In this document: piece by piece, positions 41,168 to 47,688 of the stretch
Layout of the letters: every line of letters starts with the position of its first letter
Numbering within the stretch: position 1 is the first letter of the stretch
NCBI GenBank assembly: GCA_047517965.1
Contig: JAKZRU010000016.1
Span: 34,484-98,483, forward strand
Direction: 5' to 3'
DNA from: Gammaproteobacteria bacterium
GTDB taxonomy: Bacteria > Pseudomonadota > Gammaproteobacteria > Arenicellales > JAJDZL01
Length of the DNA: 64,000 bases
Notes under the pieces: generated by a model
Told to the model about the DNA's origin: nothing
Seen by the model: only the letters and a program-made list of their open reading frames with translations
Databases searched by the model: none
Made by a program: the position numbers and the translations under genes

Positions 41168-41446
41168 TTATATGAATGGATTCACCGCCAGCAACAGTTC
41201 CACTTTATTCCAAATATCCATGTGAATGGAAGTTGGTTCTACAATGTAGATATCTTGGTTGTCAGCCCTGGCTCCGTTAAGTGCTGCTTCGTTGGAGTTG
41301 TACTCAGTATTGGTTATGTCGACATTAAATTCCTTTTTAAACTCATTGATTATATTTGTAATTGTATAGCCAGAAGCTACATTGGCTATTAGAAGTGAGA
41401 TAGCTATGACAATACACTTGATTGGTCACAATATCATCATTTTCAT
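41168..41446 (-). pseudogene. Small signal-peptide protein gene interrupted by an in-frame TGA at codon 7
   Basis: Own translation: MKMMIL*PIKCIVIAISLLIANVASGYTITNIINEFKKEFNVDITNTEYNSNEAALNGARADNQDIYIVEPTSIHMDIWNKVELLLAVNPFI*. There is no usable start codon after the TGA (41428-41426). It ends 12 nt before the 92-aa ORF. Confidence 0.3.
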
Positions 41447-41779
41447 CAGATCAAATTTGAACCTTGATAACATTTAACAAACTTAAGAATTTTGACTAGA
41501 AACGGCTATGTTGAATTCAGGAGCAATTTGATTACAAATAATTTGCGTTCTTCCCGCCATTCTACTGATTGAATGATTCGTATAATTTACGATTTCTTGG
41601 TCGTCCTCCAATATTAATGAGATTGGGATCAATAAACTTGACTTAACACGAATTAGTAAAGTACAAAGAAAAATTGAACTATACATGGCAATTTCCGTTT
41701 TCAACTTAACAGAAAGTAGTGTTCAGAATGACCGTTAATTTGAACTAGGTTACGTATCCGAGTTACTGCTAATAGTAGT

Positions 41780-41989
41780 GTGCCGGGCGAAATTCGTAAA
41801 TACGGTTATTTTCTGACCCTAGATCGAGTTGTCAGTTCCGAGGAGCGTGAGGAAAACGATGAACCATTCGAGGACAAGATGAAGCGACTGGACATGCAAC
41901 CGCACGACCAGCAAGCCGAAGGTACGCGGTTGTACGCCGGCACTGCCGCTAGACTTAAGGCAATTGTGTTCGTGGACCGGGGATCATGA
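41780..41989 (+). pseudogene. 3'-terminal remnant of a type I restriction-modification methylase gene (hsdM)
   Basis: The 69 codons ...GEIRKYGYFLTLDRVVSSEEREENDEPFEDKMKRLDMQPHDQQAEGTRLYAGTAARLKAI... resemble the conserved HsdM C-terminus (EIRKHGYVLTPGRYVG...DDEPFEEKM.RL...L.EQ.AE...L...I..NL). Stop codons lie immediately upstream. Its TGA overlaps the next gene's ATG (ATGA). Confidence 0.6.
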
Positions 41990-42411
41990 GTATCGACACG
42001 GCATTTCTGCGCCGCTGCATCCAGACTTTGGAGCTTGTCTTACACGGGATCGACAAGCAAAAAGAGGTGGACGCTGATCTTTACGACATTTACCGGGCAG
42101 CCTGCGTCAAGGAGTTCGAACTGATTCTTGAGCAGAGCGGCAAGCTGCTGCGAAAACGTCTTGCGGCATACTTTTCCAGCAACCGGCAGGCGGATCGTCT
42201 GACTTTCAAGGATCTCTTCCGGAATGCTGCCAAGCATGGGCTGCTCGAACCGGAAACGGTCGAACGATGGATCCACTACCGCAACAATCGAAACGATACA
42301 GCACATAGCTATGGTGAAGATTTTGCCGAAACCACGCTGAGGCTGCTGCCAGCGTTCGTCGCCGATGCGAAGGCATTGGCTGACGCGATCGAAGAGGCGA
42401 ATGATGGCTGA
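41986..42411 (+). CDS. hepT: HEPN-domain toxin, HI0074 / nucleotidyltransferase-substrate-binding family (HepT-like)
   Basis: 141 aa. The FELILEQSGKLLRKRL helix and the RNDTAHSY = Rx4HxY HEPN motif. Confidence 0.85.
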   Translation: MSIDTAFLRRCIQTLELVLHGIDKQKEVDADLYDIYRAACVKEFELILEQSGKLLRKRLAAYFSSNRQADRLTFKDLFRNAAKHGLLEPETVERWIHYRNNRNDTAHSYGEDFAETTLRLLPAFVADAKALADAIEEANDG

Positions 42412-42727
42412 AAATCGGCTCCATCTCTTGCCGAGGCACCGTCTAGTGCTAGAAGCGCTGTTGCGGAAGCACCTACCCGATGTCGAAGTCTGGGCCTATG
42501 GCAGCCGTGTGAATGGACGAAGCCATGACGGCAGCGATCTTGATTTGGCGTTGCGCGGTCCGAGCCTGAACGAGATTTCGATTAATTCCCTGGCCGAATT
42601 TGAAGACGCGGTCCGAGAATCGAACATCCCGTTCTTGGTGGAAGCGCGCGACTGGGCAAGCCTGCCGAAGCGATTTCACCAGGAGATTGCGCGGGATTAT
42701 GTGGTGCTGGTAGGGCGAGAAGGATAG
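42401..42727 (+). CDS. mntA: Minimal nucleotidyltransferase (MNT) antitoxin
   Basis: GSRVNGRSHDGSDLDL = GSx10DxD. The start is trimmed to ATG 42401 (or 42404), overlapping the HEPN gene by 11 nt. The track ORF begins at an upstream alternative start, 42365. Confidence 0.85.
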   Translation: MMAENRLHLLPRHRLVLEALLRKHLPDVEVWAYGSRVNGRSHDGSDLDLALRGPSLNEISINSLAEFEDAVRESNIPFLVEARDWASLPKRFHQEIARDYVVLVGREG

Positions 42728-43076
42728 CAAACTGGCGAAGAGAATACATCGACGACTATCCCCTTATCGAAGAATACCCACTCACTACCGAAAACACGAA
42801 ACGCCATACACACAAAATACACCAATAATTTCTTGATCACGGGAGGTTCAGAATCGCAACAAAGGTAAACCCAATCCGACTTTTAACAAAGTTGTCTACC
42901 AATTTACATTACTCATAAATTAGATTAATAAATTGATTTTATTATTTGTTATTAAATGATATTAATTATCTATATCTAGCTTGGTGTGAGTTTCACCTAG
43001 TTTTCAACAGTGCAAATATTATCATATAGAAATATACTGAGGCAATTGAATCTACACCTGTCCTAGAGCGTTTAAT

Positions 43077-43499
43077 GTGACATCTCCAGCAATGAAAGCC
43101 TTAGGCAAGACGTTTCTTTATTCGGTGTGGCTGCCGATTACAGTCATTATTCTGACAGCGCTTCGGTTCGGCGTCCTTCAAGAATGGGAAGGTTTTGGTG
43201 TATTTAATTTTTTAGAATTTATTGTCCAAATCACAGTGCTTTTTCTATTCGCCTGGCCAAGCGGTATTCCTCTAACACTAGCAATTCAGAAACTTCATCG
43301 TCGAGCACGAAATACCTCGTACTTTCTGGCAATCATTTTCGTTCCAATTTCCGCCTATGCTGTCATCATTGGCGGTCTGTTCGGGCCCATTGGAATCTTT
43401 GCATATGCAGCTGTCGCTTCTGTACCAACTTGGTTGATATTGGGCATTGTTACAGCCTTCCAACGCCACCGCTCATCATCAGACCGAAAAAACCACTAA
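43077..43499 (+). CDS. Small integral membrane protein, unknown function
   Basis: 140 aa with about 4 predicted TM helices (hydrophobic runs LYSVWLPITVIILTAL, FIVQITVLFLFAW, YFLAIIFVPISAYAVIIGGLF, IFAYAAVASVPTWLILGIV). Start is GTG, or ATG at 43092. Convergent with ffh. Confidence 0.55.
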   Translation: MTSPAMKALGKTFLYSVWLPITVIILTALRFGVLQEWEGFGVFNFLEFIVQITVLFLFAWPSGIPLTLAIQKLHRRARNTSYFLAIIFVPISAYAVIIGGLFGPIGIFAYAAVASVPTWLILGIVTAFQRHRSSSDRKNH

Positions 43500-43510
43500 C
43501 CTGCCCCTTG

Positions 43511-44866
43511 TTACTGCATTGGGAATTTGTCGGAAAGGTTGTCCATACCAGGAATCGACATTTTTCCTTTGTTTTGTGAGAACTTTCGCGTCATTTTCTG
43601 CATCTTGTCAAACTTGCGCAACAGTTGATTGACAAATCTGGCTTCGACACCAGCACCGGCACAAATTCGCACTCGTCGACTTCCCCGTATTATCGCCGAA
43701 TGCTGTCGTTCGTGCGGAGTCATCGAATTGATGATCGCGATGTCTCGCTTGGTGCTCTCCTCAAGCTTTTCCATATCCGGCATTTTCACGGAAGCTAATC
43801 CAGGCAAAAGTTTTGCAATGCTCGACATGCCGCCCATGTCCTGCGCCATCATCATTTGATCTCGATAATCTCCTAGGTCAAATCGTCGTCCTTTACGCAA
43901 CTTCTGTTCGAGTTTTTGTGCTTTGCCTTTGTCTGCCTTCTGCTGTGCCGATTCAATGAGCGAAAGAACATCACCCATTCCCAGGATTCGAGATGCGATG
44001 CGGTCAGGATGGAATTGCTCCAATGCATCTACTGCTTCGCCTACACCGATGAACTTGACCGGTTTGCCTGTTATATGACGTACCGAGAGCAGTGCACCTC
44101 CACGGGTGTCGCTATCCAGCTTAGTAACAACAACACCTGACAAAGGCAGTGCATCGTTGAACGCCGATGCGCTTTTAACAGCATCCTGTCCCGTCATGGC
44201 ATCAATTACGAACAGTGTCTCATCCGGCGAAATACCCGCGTGAATCGCACGAAGCTCATCCATCATCTGGTCATCGATGTGCAGCCTTCCGGCAGTATCG
44301 ATAATTACTACGTCTGCCGCTACGTTTCGAGCGTGAGCGATAGCGGAACGCGCAATTTTTTGCGGTTCTTGGCCAATATCAGTCTCATAAAAATCTACCT
44401 CAACCATTTCAGCCAGTTTTCTCAGCTGATCGACTGCAGCAGGACGATAAACGTCAACACTTGCAACCATTACTCTTTTCTGAAATTGTCGCTTGAGGAT
44501 TCGAGCGAGTTTACCAACCGTTGTCGTCTTGCCTGATCCTTGCAGACCTGCAATCAAAATTACCACGGGCGGCGTTCCCGACAAATCCAGCGGCACATTC
44601 GAGTCGCCAATTACGCGAGTGAGTTCTTCATGAACAATGCCTATCATGGTCTGGGCCGGCGTAATGCTGCTCAAAACTTCGGCACCCGACGCCCTCAATC
44701 TGACTTGTTCTATGAACTCCCGCGCTACAGGTAACGCTACATCGGCCTCAAGCAAAGCTCGCCTAACTTGACGAAGAGCCTCTTCGATAGCCTTTTCGGA
44801 CAGTTTGTTTGATCCGCGGAAGGTGCCTAGAGCCTGACTAATTCGATTTCTGAGTGATTCAAGCAT
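43511..44866 (-). CDS. ffh: Signal recognition particle protein Ffh
   Basis: 451 aa. NG domain (GLQGSGKTTTVGKLA, DTAGRL) and a Met-rich M domain. Confidence 0.97.
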   Translation of the reverse strand: MLESLRNRISQALGTFRGSNKLSEKAIEEALRQVRRALLEADVALPVAREFIEQVRLRASGAEVLSSITPAQTMIGIVHEELTRVIGDSNVPLDLSGTPPVVILIAGLQGSGKTTTVGKLARILKRQFQKRVMVASVDVYRPAAVDQLRKLAEMVEVDFYETDIGQEPQKIARSAIAHARNVAADVVIIDTAGRLHIDDQMMDELRAIHAGISPDETLFVIDAMTGQDAVKSASAFNDALPLSGVVVTKLDSDTRGGALLSVRHITGKPVKFIGVGEAVDALEQFHPDRIASRILGMGDVLSLIESAQQKADKGKAQKLEQKLRKGRRFDLGDYRDQMMMAQDMGGMSSIAKLLPGLASVKMPDMEKLEESTKRDIAIINSMTPHERQHSAIIRGSRRVRICAGAGVEARFVNQLLRKFDKMQKMTRKFSQNKGKMSIPGMDNLSDKFPMQ

Positions 44867-44972
44867 GGTAGATTTAAATCCTTTGTAGATTACACTTACA
44901 ATAAGAAATTGAATATTTCAAGTTATATTCAATAAACTTTAGATTTTGTTGATAAATTAATCAAAGACTCGA

Positions 44973-46280
44973 TTGGACGACATCCCTGAAGGCATACTGT
45001 TTGCCTCTCTCGCACTGCTGATCTGCCTGTCGGCATTTTTCTCCGCTTCGGAAACTGCAACGATGGCAGTGAACCGCTATCGTCTGGCTGACAAAGCGAA
45101 CAAGAAAGATCGAAGAGCTTTACTGCTCCAGAAGCTGGTCCGCGAACCTGATCGGCTGCTCGGCACAATTTTACTTGGCAACAACCTGGTCAATAACGCT
45201 GCTGTAGCGATTACAACAATGCTTGCCTGGAAATACTACGGCGAAGCTGGTGTTGCGGTATCAACCGCGTTCATTACGGTAGTAATCCTTGTACTTGCTG
45301 AAATTCCACCTAAAACCGTAGCAGCAATCTATCCTGAGCGAATTGCATTTTTCGCAGTTTATTTGCTTGATTTTCTTCAGAAACTGTTTCATCCAGTCGT
45401 ATGGCTATTGAGTTCGGCCGTCAAACTGCTGAAACTGTTGCCTGCCTTTCGGCAGATACAAGTCTCTGATTCTCTGGATACTGACGAGTTGCGCGTTGCA
45501 GTAAAAGCCTCTGAGCATCATTTTGCACCCGATCAGATGGAACTGCTTTTAGGAATTCTGGAGCTTGGTGCACAATCCGTCGACAAAATCATGGTGCCTC
45601 GCAACGAAATTCATTCAATTGATCTTGATGACGACATATCGGACATTGTCGAGCAAATTTTCACAGAAACTTTTGCCCGTGTGATCGTATATGAGAAGTC
45701 CTATCAGGATATTAAGGGAGAGCTTGAAATTCGTGCATTATTGCAGAGTTGCCATCGGGAAGAGATCACCAAAGATAAGATTATCGAGTTCCTCAAAGAA
45801 CCCATTTATTTGCCAGAAGATTCGAGACTGCTGGAACAGATTCAGCGACTCCAACGACTCCGCCGCAACATGGGCATTGTCGTTGATGAATATGGAGAAG
45901 TGGTGGGGCTCATCACCGTACATGAAATGCTGGAAGAACTCGCTGGATTCATAGACCCTGATATGGAAACGTTCAAAGCCGGAATCATAAAGGAAAAACA
46001 AGGCACTTACCTTGTGAACGCAATGATGAATGTTCGTGAATTGAATCGGGCAATGCAGTGGGATTTGCCAACGAACGGACCCAATACGCTGAACGGACAG
46101 ATTCTCGAACAAAACGAAGATATTCCCCAACCAGGTACTACATTTCTGATCAACGGCTATGCCATTGAAACCGTTCGGGTACGAGGCGGTGCGATAGACG
46201 TTGTGCGCATCCTTCCGAATGCTGATATGCCGGATTCGGTGACTGATTTACAATCGGAGTCAGGAAGGTCATTGCAGTAG
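44973..46280 (+). CDS. HlyC/CorC-family transporter (DUF21-CBS pair-CorC_HlyC; YfjD/CorB-like)
   Basis: 435 aa. N-terminal 4-TM DUF21, tandem CBS (VPRNEIHSIDLDD ..., MGIVVDEYGEVVGLITVHEMLEE) and a C-terminal transporter-associated domain. TTG start. Divergent from ffh, like yfjD in E. coli. Confidence 0.85.
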   Translation: MDDIPEGILFASLALLICLSAFFSASETATMAVNRYRLADKANKKDRRALLLQKLVREPDRLLGTILLGNNLVNNAAVAITTMLAWKYYGEAGVAVSTAFITVVILVLAEIPPKTVAAIYPERIAFFAVYLLDFLQKLFHPVVWLLSSAVKLLKLLPAFRQIQVSDSLDTDELRVAVKASEHHFAPDQMELLLGILELGAQSVDKIMVPRNEIHSIDLDDDISDIVEQIFTETFARVIVYEKSYQDIKGELEIRALLQSCHREEITKDKIIEFLKEPIYLPEDSRLLEQIQRLQRLRRNMGIVVDEYGEVVGLITVHEMLEELAGFIDPDMETFKAGIIKEKQGTYLVNAMMNVRELNRAMQWDLPTNGPNTLNGQILEQNEDIPQPGTTFLINGYAIETVRVRGGAIDVVRILPNADMPDSVTDLQSESGRSLQ

Positions 46281-46390
46281 GCGCAGAGAATTCTGGAAAG
46301 AATTTACGTCTCTGTAAATCATGTTACGGTCGCGAATTTAGACACAATGACCAACATAGCAAATCTGCAATAACTAGACCAATCGTGTAA

Positions 46391-47044
46391 TTCAAATGGA
46401 TTAACTTGAGGATTGAAGTTGACGTGTCGTACGTCCCAAACTGCCAATCTAACCATAAATTACCGATCTACTTCCACTTTCCTGGCTTGCCCAGCAAAGT
46501 TTGCGTAGTCCAATTGTCACTTCCTGCCTGCATCATCACTTAGCATTTTCAGAATAGAAAATCCTTCTTGGGTGAAGATCGTTTGAACGACCTGCTCGAT
46601 TTGGTGTTTGGCGATGTACTAAGTGACCCGGTTTATGACATCAAGTGCGACTTTCTTCTAGGACTCAAGTCGGCGAACATTCGGGCACACACACCAGCAA
46701 ACTTTATTGCGGAGAAATTTCAAGCAGTGGTTGCACTTGGTGTTGCCAATAGCCGAATGAAGGATTTGTACGATCTATGGTCAGTGCCCAGGACCGTTGA
46801 AATTGATCCATCAGAACTCACCCAAACACTCATCTCGACTTTTTCACACCCGTAATCGATTCCATCAGAATGTCCAGGTGGCCTTACAGACGTGTATTCG
46901 CAAGACCCACTAAAAATCGCTCAATGGTCCGCCTACATGGAAGCAAATAGTATTCAAGGTATAACCCTGCGCGAGATTACCCAAGAGATTTGGAGTTGGC
47001 TCAAGCCAATCTGTCAGGCTACACTAGAAGTTAACGATGGCTGA
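46391..47044 (+). pseudogene. AbiEii/DUF1814-type nucleotidyltransferase toxin pseudogene (N-terminally truncated, in-frame stops)
   Basis: One reading frame reads ...LDLVFGDVLSDPVYDIKCDFLLGLKSANIRAHTPANFIAEKFQAVVALGVANSRMKDLYDLW...TFSHP*SIPSECPGGLTDVYSQDPLKIAQWSAYMEANSIQGITLREITQEIWSWLKPIC... This matches the C-terminal two-thirds of AbiEii toxins. In-frame TAG lies at 46541 and TAA at 46853. The frame is bounded upstream by TAA at 46388. Confidence 0.7.
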
Positions 47045-47688
47045 CAACCAGACATATACCTCGGTATAGCCAGATGTGCTTCTTTTCCGAGTCCACGGTC
47101 AAAGTAATCTGCAGCCAGGATAGCGATTTCCGAAGCTTGGGGGATCTCATTTGCAATCCATCCGACAACACAGTGCTCGTTCTGCTCCAATAGAACAGGC
47201 GCATGCATATCCCAACCGGAACCGGCTCCATGCCATCCATGACTGGTGATTCGTAATTCCGAAATATCAGTTAACTTTTCTACACCTTGCAGTGATGCTA
47301 ATCCCCTTTCGTCTCTAATATACGATGCCCAGAAAATCTTGCCTCGCTTAGCATCCAGGGCAGTCACTATTTTGTCGGGTTTCTGTTTCTGCGCAATTGC
47401 CGCCATGCACGAAACCGGTATCACTGGAACATCGACTCCAAACGCAATTCCCTGTGCTACACCTGCTGCAATACGCAAACCAGTAAATGAACCAGGTCCT
47501 TCTCCAAATGCCATTCCATCAATCTGATTCAATTTAATGCCAGCCTCGATCAAGAGATGGTCAATCAGAACTAGAACAGACCTGTTGTGATTGCGTGCGG
47601 TCTGCTCAGATTTTTCGTCAATCTGACCATCCAAATTGAGTGCAACCGACAACATGTCGTCCGAAGAGTTGACAGCCAGTATTTTCAT
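47014..47688 (-). CDS. tsaB: tRNA N6-threonylcarbamoyladenosine biosynthesis protein TsaB (YeaZ)
   Basis: MKILAVNSS..., GPGSFTGLRIAAGVAQG motif. Confidence 0.92.
   Translation of the reverse strand: MKILAVNSSDDMLSVALNLDGQIDEKSEQTARNHNRSVLVLIDHLLIEAGIKLNQIDGMAFGEGPGSFTGLRIAAGVAQGIAFGVDVPVIPVSCMAAIAQKQKPDKIVTALDAKRGKIFWASYIRDERGLASLQGVEKLTDISELRITSHGWHGAGSGWDMHAPVLLEQNEHCVVGWIANEIPQASEIAILAADYFDRGLGKEAHLAIPRYMSGCQPSLTSSVA

Noticed and set aside
41483-41704. The 73-aa ORF in the AT-rich part of the island.
   Set aside because: It has no recognisable family and a hydrophobic, low-complexity translation typical of AT-rich non-coding DNA. It is kept only as part of the island description.
42880-43060. 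The AT-rich repetitive-looking stretch, and the (AT)7 run at 11870, as a possible CRISPR array or IS terminal repeats.
   Set aside because: There are no regularly spaced direct repeats of 24-40 nt, no spacer architecture, and no inverted terminal repeats or transposase. This is only low-complexity A/T tracts.
46388-46855. The in-frame stops of the AbiEii remnant (and the TGA at 41426) as evidence for stop-codon recoding or an alternative genetic code.
   Set aside because: The roughly 60 intact genes in the window terminate normally at TAA, TAG and TGA, and their lengths match their families. Two different stop codons interrupt a gene that is also N-terminally truncated, so ordinary pseudogenisation is the simplest explanation.
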